From contig CM060734.1 of the NCBI GenBank assembly GCA_030704615.1, positions 43,028,001 to 43,092,000 of the forward strand: a stretch of 64,000 nt of DNA, written 5' to 3'. The notes under the pieces were generated by a model. That model was given only the letters and a program-made list of their open reading frames with translations, did no database searches and had not been told where the DNA came from. A program made the translations under genes and the position numbers. This DNA is from Takakia lepidozioides. Lineage: Eukaryota > Plantae > Bryophyta. Positions 11,998-25,109 of the stretch are shown piece after piece (positions within the stretch are counted from its first letter, which is position 1; every line of letters starts with the position of its first letter).

Positions 11998-14676
11998 CTA
12001 GGCTCTCCTGGATTCAATTTGTAAGTTATAGTATATTGCTGAAAGAAGTGCTGATACTGAGCAGGTGGTTCTAGAGAAGGTTCGTTTACATCTCGCTTTC
12101 CACAGGTGCCAGAGGGTGGCACATCTAAGAGTGTCGAAGACTGGACAATCACTGGCTCTGCTTTTTGAGGATTTGTCATAGTTTAGCATAATTCCAAGCG
12201 AGGTTAGGGGTATGCCGTTCCAGCGGCCATAGAGGGCGTGGATGTGCGGCCATATCGATGTTGGGGCATGGCAGTAAAGAAGACAGTGTTCTTGCGACTC
12301 CATGATAGCTGCTGAACAACATTTACAGAGAAGGGCATCGTTAAACCCCAGCCATTCACCAATCTTCATAACTCTGTTTGCTATTTGCCACAAGAATGCC
12401 GCCATCTTGGCCGGTCTGGCTTTGGTCCAGATGATCCTCCAAATCGATTCCCAACTTTCATTGTGAAAGTCGAAGTGACTCCACTTTTCGTTCCATTTCG
12501 CCAGAAGGGGAGGGGCTTGCGATAGTGCTGTATATCCTTTTTTCGTTGTGTATGTGAAGAATGGGGTAGTGCTGCGGGTTAGTTTCCAAGACCATTCCTG
12601 TGGATCGAAGTCTAGCTCTGGAAAAGGCCTGCCAAGGATCCATACAAACCTTTGGGAGGCTAGCCATGCTAGAGGAGGTTGGTTCGGGGGGGGTTGCGGG
12701 TTGGTGTCTTTGGTTGGGGATGTCCAGCAGCAGATGCTGACAGGGGTATATGGACTGCGAGGGAAGGATCAGATGTTGTTGTCTTGGATTGAAAGTGTGA
12801 GGGTATTAGTGTCAATGTGAAAGGAGTAACCTTCCATGGAATGGTCTGTAGTGGAAACCACAAAGAGGATAGTAAGTGCGTTGGAAAGGATGACTAGAGT
12901 CCAGTAATTGGAGGAGGGGCTTGAGGGTCCTGCCATGACATCCAAGGGGGTAGGATGCTTTGGATAATGGAATCGTAACTGTGGTTCGCTCTGATTTTTC
13001 CGACTATGGTAATGGCTGTGTCCTTGGAGAGCAGGCTACCCTGTTTCCAAATGTCTCCTACTTTACTGATCCCCTTGGAGTCCCAGCCTGCCCATTACGT
13101 GGCCTGCTGTCTTTGGATTGGGGTGGTAACTTTAGAGTTCAGGAATAGTGATTGTTTGAGGGTTTGGAAGTAAGATGTGGGCTCCGCTTTTGCTAGAAAT
13201 GGTCTCAGTTGTGACCAAGCTTGCCAGATGGCCGTCCATAAAGGGGATCCAGTTGTCTTATGTTTAAACCCGTTGACTATCCATCTGTAGGATGGCTGCC
13301 ATGAGACAGATTTGAGGGGGGATGCCATGACTATGCTGTCTGCAACTAAGAATTTCCACCAGCCCCCCTCAGGGCCTAAGAATCTCGGGATCCATTTGCC
13401 CAAAAGGGCTGTGATCTGTTTGTCCAAGTTAATGATACCAAGACCCCCTTTCTTTTTGGGGAGACATATCTATTTCCACGAGACCTGCGGGCGTTTTTTT
13501 TCATTATGGTTGGCTACCCCCCATATATAGTTCCTGAATAGTTTTTTTTTGCTTCTTTGATGTTGGACGAGGCAGGTCGCCAGGATGCAGCAAAGAACCA
13601 CAAATGTCGCGGCCCTTTGCCTTGAGGGCAAGGGGTCGGGACACAGAAGGGGCTGCCCCTGTGGTGGGGGCAGTAGCAGCGATAGGTATGGGGGCTGAAG
13701 CACCCTTGAGTGCCCAAGACACTCAAGGAGGTAGAGGCGCTCACTAGGCGGAGCCCCGCACACCGGGTTGCGGTGGGGGTGGCTCCACAAGGGGTGGTGG
13801 TAGCTTAGCGGGACTTAGTGGGGGTGGCATAGGACTCACCATGGGGTGGAGACCTCGTGGTGGGAGTCGTGGGGAGTCTTGGGACTCATCACGGCCCAAT
13901 GGGGCCGTGGTGAGTGGGCCAAGACTCACCGCGACTCACCACCGGGAGTCGAGGGTTTTCGTGGTGGTTCGCCATAAAATGGCATGGTTGTTTGTGAAAC
14001 CCCCACGGACAGCTACAGAAGTATATATAGGGAGTAGTAACCCCGAGAACGGTGCAAGCCCGTTGGTGACCAAAAACTAGTGAGTAAGCGGGCGAGCCGG
14101 GAAAGCGACCAAAGAGTGGGGAGCTGTTCCGGACTGCCAACTACCAAAGGGAATTCCCGCTGGGCCCAAATCGGTGGAGGGTTCGTTGGGAGATCAAAGG
14201 GGGACCGTTATGCCCCGGTGAGCAGCCAAAGCTCCAAGTTGGCCCGGCGGCCAGGTTGGGAGTTAGGCACGCGCATCAAAGCGAGTAACTATGACTTGAA
14301 GGGGAGCTTACCGAAGTGAGGTGCGCGACAACAAACCTGATGACAGGATCTGGTTGGTTGACAAGGCCTTGCCTATAATGGATAGGAAGTAAGAGCCCCA
14401 GTATGTCAACCTTGTCTTAAGCTTCACTATTGTGAGCTGGAAATGTTGCTGGTCTGTGAGATCAATGCCATATGTGTACCCTAGGAGTGTGGTAGTTTCA
14501 CCTAGCTTAAGCCATCGCAATCCTTTGTCTAGTCCCCATGTTGGCTGGTTCCCAATTTGGGATTTTGAGGTGTCCCCCACCAGGAAGGCACATGTCTTTC
14601 CCCAGTTGACTTTAAATCCAGATGCCTGGCAAAAAGTTTCCAGGGTTTGCGTTGTGTTGTCTAGGTTGATGGGGGA
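11998..14676 (-). pseudogene. LINE ORF2 C-terminal part (end of RT, thumb and zf-RVT region), frameshifted
   Basis: ASGFKVNWGKT, FRNYIWG..VSWK, GGLGII..QITALLGKW, and the CCHC-type CKCCSAAIMESQEHCLLYC ... WHLWKARC, typical of plant L1 ORF2. Confidence 0.85.
13561..14333. mobile_element. Probable solo LTR inserted in LINE ORF2
   Basis: GC-rich 773-bp block bounded by TGTTG...CAACA that interrupts the LINE frame between QILSSG and KKLFRNYIW. No clean TSD; some LINE codons appear lost. Confidence 0.5.
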
Positions 14677-16901
14677 CAACGACGCTACCGCGTGAGCCCG
14701 GCGCGTGAGCGTGTGAGCGTACGCTCACACAATGATGATGTGGCGTGAGCCTGGTCCAGGTCATGCCACATCACCACAAAGAAGGTGGGCCTATAGCCGT
14801 GGGGCCCCCAACTGCTGATTTCACCACATGAAGGTGAAACGGATGAAGGGTTTCGGGCTTTCTTGGAGTTCAACCTTCTGTTAACATGAGCTTCATTTCC
14901 TAGAACTGAAATGAACGTTGTGTTAACACGAGGTTGTTTTCTTGGAACAAAAATCAACATCGTGTCAACACGAGGTTGATTCGGAGAACTTCATATCAAC
15001 CTCGTGTTGTTTTCTTAGAACTAAAATCAACCTTGTGTCGGCACAAGGGGGATTTGGAGAACTTCAAGTAAACCTCGTGTTAACACGAGGTTGATTTGAT
15101 CATTTGTCTATCTGAAGGTAGTTTCTTGTGTTTGCTAATGAAAACAGAATGACAAACCAGTGCGACAAATGCATTGACCCACGCATAGCAAAGATGTTAG
15201 ACGACATACATTGAGAGACACTGGACTTGAACAGTCATTCCATTACAAGTTGTAGTCAAGGAAAACACAGATTTCTTCATGTCAAGTGCATGCTTTCTAT
15301 GGGCTTGTATCCCGCTGTAGAAGTGTGTTGACTTCGTTGAAACTCATAGTGGCTTGGTGATTGAAGAAGTCGCGCTTTGGATCACAAACCATCCTTCTCA
15401 AGAAGACAAAGTAAAGGTGTTTGCACGGTATGAACTTCCCTCTCTTTCCCAAACTACTTGAAAGCATACCAACAAAATCAGGACATGTACAATTGGGAAA
15501 ATTGGAAACAGTGATGTCGTACATCTTGTCCTGCAGCGCAGATGCGGATGAGATCATGGTGAAGACCCGACCATACCTTGGATCAGGCACTTCCATTGTT
15601 CCCGCAACACGAGCGTGAAGCATTCTCGCGGACTCGATTTTGCCGTAGTGTTCTGCGGTTGGAGGGAATCGTCGAATCAGCTTCCCATTCCGTCTGGTTG
15701 GCCACAAGTGAGCGTCAGGCGGAGGTACCCGTGAACCGCTTGTACTTGAAGCACCTTCACGTGCAATGGAATGTCTGGCTAGGGAGAAACCCGCCTCTTC
15801 CAGCATTGCGATCTCTTGGTGAGTGAGACCTGTGCCCATCTTCACAGGCCACACGGTTGGTGGAGTAGGCTTCCTCACCATGGAGGGCCTTACTATCCCA
15901 CGCACACATCTCCCACAATCGTCAGCGCAAAACCAAAACTGGTGGTTCTTTGCCTCTCCCTGTCCGTAAGGGAGAAACAAACCAGTGAATGTAGGAGCTG
16001 CAAACGTTCTTTCCCTCTGGATATTAATGATGTACATTTTTCATGATTGGTGGCCCTGATCGCCGTGCATTTCACACGCGATCCAGCACTTGTGCGTTCT
16101 ATATGCCAAACCTCGTCCAAGCACATGGACTCCATTACATGCGGCACCACGTTCTGGTCTTCAACCATTGCAGTGATAGTGCTTGATGCAGGGGTCCGGT
16201 CTGGGGCAGAATGGCCCTCACCTGTGGATGTTCCGCAATTCCATCTCTGATCCAAGGGAACACGTGGTGTCGAGAAGTTGACCCTGTCTGCCCTATGGGA
16301 ATCTGCATCCGATCCGGGAGGGGTGTCCAATTTCCGTTTGCAAGACCCGAATCTCTCTTCGCCTTCCAGATGGGGAACTCTTCCCACGAGAGGGGTGCCA
16401 TCTGCATATATGCTCACTGCCCGCGCTATTTTGCTGGGATCCCCCGATCTTTTGGCTGCCCGCAACATCAACTCGCTCCTGTCCGGGCTTTTGCCACCAA
16501 GGCCACCCCTCAAGAATGGGGGGTGCTATTCCGTGAGCCTGGAGGCGTGAGCCTGTGAGCCCAGGAAAGCGTGAGCCCAGCACAGGCTCACGCCACGTCA
16601 GCATGCAAACAGTGCCTATTTCCGAGTGGTGTCACCTATTTCCGCGGGTTGATGTGGGGAGAATTGAGAATTGAGAACAAAGTGGTTTGTTTGTTTTTGC
16701 AATGTACTCAAGTCTGTGAGGTCCACAAAACAACAAATATATTGAAGGAACAATCCGGGCAGTCCATGCAACCCCCATCTCCAACAATAGTTTGGAACCA
16801 TGAATGTGAATTCCACGCACACATTGCAAAGAGGACAATAAGGACACACAACCATCCCATTTCAAATTTGTCCCAGAATTAAACCAAAAGAATACTTCAT
16901 A

Positions 16902-19900
16902 TCAAGTGTCGCAGTCATCACAATCAGTGTCCACCTCCTGTGCTATGTCATCTACAAAGATTCTGGCCCCAACACCACGTGTTCTACGAAGGCCATCGCA
17001 AGGTGGACTCTGAGTGCCATGAACGGACATGCTTGCTGCGAGTGCCTCCGCATAGACAGGTAGCACACAAGACCGAGGAGGACTGAAAACAAGTCCAAAT
17101 AGGTGTGATAGCCCAGGAGGGCAAGTGGAAGCACGCGGACTCCTACACATGTCCACAAAATCCCATTTTTAACACAATGATGCAATGCACAAGTCCAACG
17201 AAGAGGATGTCTCCCATGTGCACTTTGCCTCAAGAACAGCGATTCTCGATATTGAAACAACAATGCAAGCATGCACAGGTTGAACTTACTCACAGGCAAA
17301 GTCGGAGTCTAGCTCCTTGTCAGAAGTCTCCTCTGTACCAGTATCAGCGGGACGGGGCTTCGGAAGGACCTGAGAAGTGTGTCCACCCAAACCCATCAGG
17401 AGGTTCTTGTAAATCTCAGCATCCCCTTCAATCCCAAAGACATGTCGCGCACTGGCCTTGCAAGCGTGGTACGAAGCACCTGCAGTGGAATAGAATGAAG
17501 TAAGCAGACATTGAAGACACATTCGGAACGGTGGAAAGTGCTGAAAGTGCAAGCTCAATCAAACCTCATGAAATGTGAATGTTGAAGAGACGAACCTGTG
17601 CCCATCGACAAATCCAGAACTCTGGCGTCTGTGTAGGTGCAGCACTCCACAATCGTTTGAATGAAAGCCGGGCTCCTCTCCCTCGCCCCTCTCCAAGGAA
17701 CCCCATTCCCCCTTCGCAAGCACAAGTTGTTGTCGACGTAGTTGTGATGCATGTCATCCGTGGGAGGATCTGTCCTGTCATCTATGAACTTGCCCCCGTG
17801 AGTGATGGCAAACTCCGTAATGCCGGCCGGAGTCGTTGGTGGATGCACCCGGACGAGACAAACAGCTTCAAACAGACGAGTCTGCGAACATGACATCCAC
17901 AAGGAACTAAGAACCAAAATAAAATCGGGCCCCTACATATGAGTTCGAGCGACCTATACAACACAATCCCAGAACAAAAAAGAAGAGGAAGAAGAAGGGA
18001 AACTCACCATCTCTCCCGGACGATCCCCCTTCGTAAGGTACATGTTGTTCACACAATTCCATGTCTTCACGACTCTCATGCCCGAGGCTTTCAAATAGCT
18101 GGCAAGGGCACGGCGACACCGAACATCGATGGACTGGATGAGAACCAAAACACCTGCATCGGAAAGGAAGAAGTTGCAAAAGGAAAAAACCCACCGCCAG
18201 TAGCGCTCATCAAATGCATTCCAACCCGGACAAGCACCCGATGGAGGGATATCTGGGACTGCCAACCCATCAGGGATGTCCAAGATGATGAGTTCCGCTG
18301 CATATGGCTTCTCCTTCCCGTTCACCCACGATTTGGTCATTTTAGCCTGCAAACAAAAATACAATGGAATTCTGACAAGTTTATAAACGATCCATGCCCA
18401 CAGCAGACAAAGAGAGCAGAAGCCACAGAACCCAAAGAGAACACGCACCGTGCTGAGGAACTCGACAATCCTCTCCCACACTGGTGATGGCTCGCCCTTG
18501 TAATCAGATTTCTTCGACTCCATCATGGCAAGGAACCCGACGTTGGCAATCTCCAACCTGGTTGGACGAATGACCCTCGTGGGATGTTCCACTGCATGGT
18601 ACGGGTCCTTGGGATCAACCACCCCCTTGTTTTTTCTCTCGGATCCCCTACCATGCGGTGGAGTCTGCTGGACATGCTCCACAGGGCCAATAGCTGCAAC
18701 ACTTCCCTGCCCTTGTGCCACCTTCCCTCTACCCCTTCCCTTCCCCACAACACCAGCAACATCTTTTCCCTTTGCCTTTCTTCCTCTACCCGGGGTATCC
18801 TGAGCGGGAGGCTCCTTCTCTGCAAGAGTCCTCAGATTACGCTCATGAATGTCGAGGTCCGCTGCTGCGGCAGTGGCTGCAATACGGTCATTCTCTCTCC
18901 TCAAAGACAACTCTACAGCTGGGGTCTCTGAAGGAGGGCAATCCAAATACCAACCACAAGAAGAAAGATGGTCTGGGCCCCAGTCATGCAAGATCCCAGC
19001 AGTGAACATGGTCTGGTTGCCAGCAGGGACAAGCCAAAGGTCCACGAAATCTGGATGTTTGTCCAAGCAATTCTCTTCCAAGAGAACAAACCTAATGTAC
19101 CTGCAGGAACAGACACAGCCTCATTTTCCAGTGCACATATTGTGTCCCAGCTTTTTCAACACACCAGGAAGACCCCCTTAAACAGTATGCCACACAACAC
19201 ATTGCAACCACAACACAAGTAAAGAGTGCAAGGGTGTGCACCTGTAAAGGCATCGTTTCCAGGCTTCCTCTCCTTTTTCCTGCTGGTCAAGCTCATTTGT
19301 TCGACTGATGCCACCCTCCTTGCTGAACTCTCTAAAGAAACCAGAGTGCCACACTGTGGCTCTCCATTTCCTCATGTAAGCTTCGAAGGAGACCTTCGGA
19401 GCTGTCATAGTGATGCCATAGTCAGCCAGCTGAGTATGCAGAACCGATCGGGCCCTTTCTTCCAACTGCAAAACAATTGAAATGGAAGAATGAACCCAAA
19501 AACAGTCACAGCGAATGTAAGAGGCAATGGGAAGAGAAGGACAGGAAAAGAGAAAAGAAAGTGAGATACGAGAGGACATCACACCTGGCTCCAGTAAGTG
19601 GCCTTGTGAAGCCAGGTGTCCAGCACATTGTCACTGACAGGAACGACACGCTGGGTCTTCTTCTCTTTCTCTGGCCTTGGGAACATGTGGGTATCCCTAA
19701 CTGTGGGATCGGAGTTCCATATCTGTAGCCACTTCACCTTCTGTTCAGAAGACACGACGGCGGTAGACAACCTGTGCAACTTCTCCTGGGCCATCTCCGG
19801 CTTGCCTGGCTTGTTATAATGGTTTTTTATCTCCAGGAGAAACTGCGGCCCGAATGATGGGTCGGCCATTCTCAACTGCTTCACAAAAGCACTCATTATT

Positions 19901-22900
19901 GTCCTTCTTGTAGCGTTCATCTCCTTCTGGATGTGACTTTCAACCCCCTTTGCTGTCCTTCTCTCCTCAGGGGTAGAGCTATAGTATTCCAGTTTGCCAC
20001 GCTCCCCTGCATCTGCAATGTCTTGCTGCAAGGGAATGCAAGAGAGTTGCATCAATCCAAGGTCAAGGGAGACAGACAGAAACAAACATGTGGAAGCAGG
20101 AATATGGAAAGGCCAGATGAAGGAAGATGTATCTCACCGTGTACATGTACTCCATGAAAGCCTCACGGGTCAACGAGTACCATGTTTCCGAAGTCTTGGA
20201 GCTTTCGCATTTCTTATACATCTCTGCCGAAAGGATGGTCTTGAAGTTGGTCAAGGGCATCTGCCCGATCCTTTGTATCCTATACAGTGTGTGAACCAGA
20301 CTCGTTTTGACATGCGATGTCTCCGTCCCTCTGCAGAATGATATCTGAATTTCAGAATGTAATTCAAGGACTTGAATCAAGGAAGAACGGAACCAGAAGT
20401 GCAACATGTACAATGAGAAACCAACCTGTTCACATCATTCATTGCCGTCAGAAGACCCATCATGTTGTCGTCACAATCAAGCACCATCGATCGAACAGAG
20501 TAATGCCACTCTTCCTCCTGTGAGTGCAGCCTCCCAATGACAGCCATCCATGCAAGCAACCGGTGGTTGCCATCCCAAACGTGAAACATCTTCCCCGAGA
20601 ATACCTGGGTGGAAGGTTTCCTGGAGAGAAGAAGTTCGAAGGATTCGTTCACCTGTCTCCAAATGGGGTCCCAGGAGTCGACGATTGACTCATCCACAAG
20701 GAGCTCGTTACCTCTAGAATCCCTAGTAGAAACGTAAAAGACTGCGGATCCATCCAAATACCCATGAACAAACTCGGCCTCCAGCTTGAGAATGTCTTTG
20801 ACAAGGGGTGGACGAACGACGGGCATGGAAACCAACCTACACAGGGGAATCTTCAACCTCCCACCAGGAGCAAGCATACTTTGAACCACAAGCTGAGAGT
20901 TCACCTTTTGACCCCCCAGCATCTCAGCGGCTTTGCTTTCATAAAACTCATCGTCAACATCAACTATGGTCTCCTTCCCCTGACCCTGAGGGACCTCATC
21001 CGCCACACTTTGCATTTTCTCCTGCAAGGTTGTTCACTCAAATTCTTATAAGAGAGGAATGAAACGTCGACTGATGCATGAAAAAGTGGGATCAAACAGG
21101 TAAGTGTTCTTTGAGCTGCCAGGTAAGTGTTCATTGATCCTCACGGACCTGCCCTATGTTCCCGATTTTCAGAGGGAAAGAACATTGAAAAGTTCTGCTC
21201 AAACAGTGTGCGTTGCCGCACACTGTTTGAGCTGGCAGTAAAGGATTCATTTCATCCTCAGATATGTGCCCATGAGGGCCGAAGGTTGCGCCCTTCAATA
21301 TTGATATGTTCTGCCTAAACAGTGTGCGGTTCCGCAGACTGTTTGAGCTGACAGTGAAGGGTTCATTTTAACCCAGAAATGTTACACTGAAGACCAAATT
21401 TTGCACCCTAAAACATTGAAATGTTCAGCTCAAACAGTGTGCGTTGCCGCACACTGTTTGGGCTGACAGTGAAGGGTTCATTTCATCCTCACATAGGTGC
21501 CCCTGAAGTCCAAATTTTGCACCCAGAAAAATTGAAATGTTCATCTCAAACAGTGTGCGTTGCCGCACACTGTTTGGGCTGACAGTGAAGGGTTCATTTC
21601 ATCCTCAAACAGGTGCCCCTGAAGTCCAAATTTTGCACCCAGAAACATTGAAATGTTCAGCTCAAACAGTGTGCGTTGCCGCACACTTTCTGAGCTGGCA
21701 GTGAAGGGTTCATTTCACCCCCAGATAGCAGACAACAAGACCAAATTTTGCACCCTAAAACATTGAAAAGATCTGCTCAAACAGTGTGCGTTGCCGCACA
21801 CTGTGTGAGCTGGTTGTGAAGGGTTCATTTCAACCTCAGATAACAGACAGCAAGACCAAATTTTGCACCCTAAAACATTGAAATGTTCAGCTCAAACAGT
21901 GTGCGTTGCCGCACACTGTTTTGGCTGACAGTGAAGGGTTCATTTCATCCTCACATAGGTGCCCCTGAAGTCCAAATTTTGCACCCTGAAACATTGAAAT
22001 GTTCAGCTCAAACAGTGTGCGTTGCCGCACACTGTTTGGGCTAACAGTGAAGGGTTCGTTTCATCCTATTATAGGTGCCCCTGAAGTCCAAATTTTGCAC
22101 CCTGAAACATTGAAATGTTCAGCTCAAACAGTGTGCGTTGCCGCACACTGTCTGAGCTGGCAGTGAAGGGTTCATTTCACCCTAAGATAGGTGCCCCTGA
22201 AGTCCAAATTTTGCACCCTGAAACATTGAAATGTTCAGCTCAAACAGTGTGCGTTGCCGCACACTCTCTGAGCTGGCAGTGAAGGGTTCATTTCACCCTC
22301 AGATAACAGACAGCAAGACCAAATTTTGCACCCTAAAACATTGAAAAGATCTGCTCAAACAGTGTGCGTTGCCGCACACTGTTTGAGCTGGTTGTGAAGG
22401 GTTCATTTCAACCTCAGATAACATACCCTGAAGACCAAATTTTGCACCCTAAAACATTGAAATGTTCAGCTCAAACAGTGTGCGTTGCCGCACACTGTTT
22501 GGGCTGACAGTGAAGGGTTCATTTCGTCCTCAAACAAGTCACCCTGAAGTCCAAATTTTGCACCCAGAAACATTGAAATGTTCAGCTCAAACAGTGTGCG
22601 TTGCCGCACACTGTCTGAGCTGGCAGTGAAGGGTTCATTTCACCCCCAGATAACAGACAGCAAGACCAAATTTTGCACCCTAAAACATTGAAAGATCTGC
22701 TCAAACAGTGTGCGTTGCCGCACACTGTGTGAGCTGGTTGTGAAGGGTTCATTTCAACCTCAGATAACAGACAGCAAGACCAAATTTTGCACCCTAAAAC
22801 ATTGAAATGTTCAGCTCAAACAGTGTGCGTTGCCGCACACTGTTTTGGCTGACAGTGAAGGGTTCATTTCATCCTCACATAGGTGCCTCTGAAGTCCAAA

Positions 22901-25109
22901 TTTTGCACCTTGAAACATTGAAATGTTCAGCTCAAACAGTGTGCGTTGCCGCACACTGTTTGGGCTGACAGTGAAGGGTTCATTTCATCCTATTATAGGT
23001 GCCCCTGAAGTCCAAATTTTGCACCCTGAAACATTGAAATGTTCAGCTCAAACAGTGTGTGTTGCCGCACACTGTCTGAGCTGGCAGTGAAGGGTTCATT
23101 TCAACCCTAAGATAGGTGCCCCTGAAGTCCAAATTTTGCACCCTGAAACATTGAAATGTTCAGTTCAAACAGTGTGCGTTGCCGCACACTGTCTGAGCTG
23201 GCAGTGAAGGGTTCATTTCACCCTCAGATAACAGACAGCAAGACCAAATTTTGCACCCTAAAACATTGAAATGTTCAGCTCAAACAGTGTGCGTTGCCGC
23301 ACACTGTTTGGGCGGACAGTGAAGGGTTCATTTCATCCTCAAACAGGTCACCCTGAAGTCCAAATTTTGCACCCAGAAACATTGAAATGTTCAGCTCAAA
23401 CAGTGTGCGTTGCCGCACACTGTTTGGGCTGACAGTGAAGGGTTCATTTCATCCTCAAACAGGTGCCCCTGAAGTCCAAATTTTGCACCCAGAAACATTG
23501 AAATGTTCAGCTCAAACAGTGTGCGTTGCCGCACACTGCTTGGGCTGACAGTGAAGGGTTCATTTCATCCTATTATAGGTGCCCCTGAAGTCCAAATTTT
23601 GCACCCTGAAACATTGAAATGTTGAGCTCAAACAGTGTGCGTTGCCGCACACTGTCTGAGCTGGCAGTGAAGGGTTCATTTCACCCTCAGATAACAGACA
23701 GCAAGACCAAATTTTGCACCCTAAAACATTGAAATGTTCAGCTCAAACAGTGTGCGTTGCCGCACACTGTTTGGGCTTACAGTGAAGGGTTCATTTCATC
23801 CTCACATAGGTGCCCCTGAAGTCCAAATTTTGCACCCAGAAACATTGAAATGTTCAGCTCAAACAGTGTGCGTTGCCGCACACCTCTTGGGCTGACAGTG
23901 AAGGGTTCATTTCATCCTATTATAGGTGCCCCTGAAGTCCAAATTTTGCACCCTGAAACATTGAAATGTTCAGCTCAAACAGTGTGCGTTGCCGCACACT
24001 GTCTGAGCTGGCAGTGAAGGTTCATTTCACCCTCAGATAACAGACAGCAAGACCAAATTTTGCACCCTAAAACATTGAAATGTTCAGCTCAAACAATGTG
24101 CGTTGCCGCACACTGTTTGGGCTGACAGTGAAAGGTTCATTTCATCCTCACATAGGTGCCCTTGCAGTCCAAATTTTGCACCCTAAAACATTGAAATGTT
24201 CAGCTCAAACAGTGTGCGTTGCCGCACACTGTTTGAGCTGGCAGTGCAGGGTTCATTCCATCCTCAGAAAGTGCCCCTGAAGTCCAAATTTCGCACCCTA
24301 AAACATTGAAATGTTCAGCTCAAACAGTGTGCGTTGCCGCACACTGTTTGGGCTGGCAGTGAAGGGTTCATTTCACCCGCAGATAACTGACTCCAAGGCC
24401 AAATTTTGCACCCTAAAACATTGAGAAGACTTGCTCAAACAGTGTGCGTTGCCGCACACTGTTTGAGTTGGAAGTGCGAGGTTCATTTCATCCTCAGAAA
24501 GGTGTCGTTGAAGGAAGAATTTTGCACCCTTAAACAGTGACTTGTGCAGCTCAAACAGTGTGCGGCAACGCACACTGTTTGAGCTGCCACTGAATGGTTC
24601 TTTCTTTCTCAAATACCTGCCATTGAAAGCCGAATTCTTCACAAATGTGGGTCCTGTAGATTTTACCTTTTTCGTAGGTACTCGAGAAGACTCCCTAGTT
24701 GCCGGGGACCCTTTCCGCTTCGGGCTGCTCTCTTCGCCGACTATGTAGGTGAGCCTCTCCCCCTTCCTCTTTCCCGTGGTCAGATTCTTCGTGAGGCCAG
24801 TGTCAACATCTTCCTCCATGTCGTCTGTCTCTCCCTCAGACGCAGTGTCCTCCTCGCCTGTTCCTGGAACTATGTTGGGTTGTTGTTCTTCTCCAGATTC
24901 CTGCTCCTCCATCGCCACACTTTCCTGTATTCCCTCTTCTTCCTCCTTTTCCTCTTCCTCCACTCTTTCCATCCTCATTCTATATCTAGCTCTATTCCTG
25001 TTTCTAGAACTCGTGAAGTATAATGACTTCCTTCTCTTTCTCCTCCGCTGGAAACAAGGGCTCCCCACGATGCCCCTGGAGCTCTCCAGTTTGACGTTTG
25101 CAACAAGTC
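16902..25109 (-). CDS. ParB/Srx-domain plus beta-class N4C/N6A DNA methyltransferase-fold protein (~1,200 aa). Predicted exons ~25109-24667, 21021-20426, 20330-20138, 20025-19585, 19465-19242, 19100-18449, 18346-18008, 17881-17596, 17479-17290, 17142-16902; true start uncertain (ATG at 25200 or 24978)
   Basis: All nine GT-AG introns join in compatible phase with no stop codons. ParB/Srx motif FHVWDGNHRLLAW. MTase motifs in beta order: ELIILDIPDG (IV), FLSDAGVLVL (V-VI), FEAVCLVR (VIII), ERSPAFIQTIVECCT..ARVLDLSMGTGASYHACKASARHVFGIE (X-I-II). Basic NLS-like and acidic N-terminus. Exons are conserved in A and D. Confidence 0.85.
21165..24600. repeat. Tandem array of 30 units of ~115-116 bp, each containing the palindrome (AG)CTCAAACAGTGTGCG-TTGC-CGCACACTGTTTGAG(CT)
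   Basis: Palindrome left arms counted from ~21200 to ~24552 at a mean period of ~115.6 bp. The rest of the unit is GAAGGGTTCATTTCA-variable-AAG(T/A)CCAAATTTTGCACCC..AAACATTGAAATGTTC. Confidence 0.97.

Noticed and set aside
21165-24600. CRISPR array (palindromic repeat plus spacers)
   Set aside because: Inter-palindrome segments are near-identical rather than unique spacers, the period is ~116 bp, there are no cas genes, and the context is eukaryotic and intronic.
16902-25109. Bacterial or phage contamination explaining the ParB-MTase
   Set aside because: The gene has nine phase-consistent spliceosomal introns and lies within TSD-bounded elements nested in a plant-type LINE.
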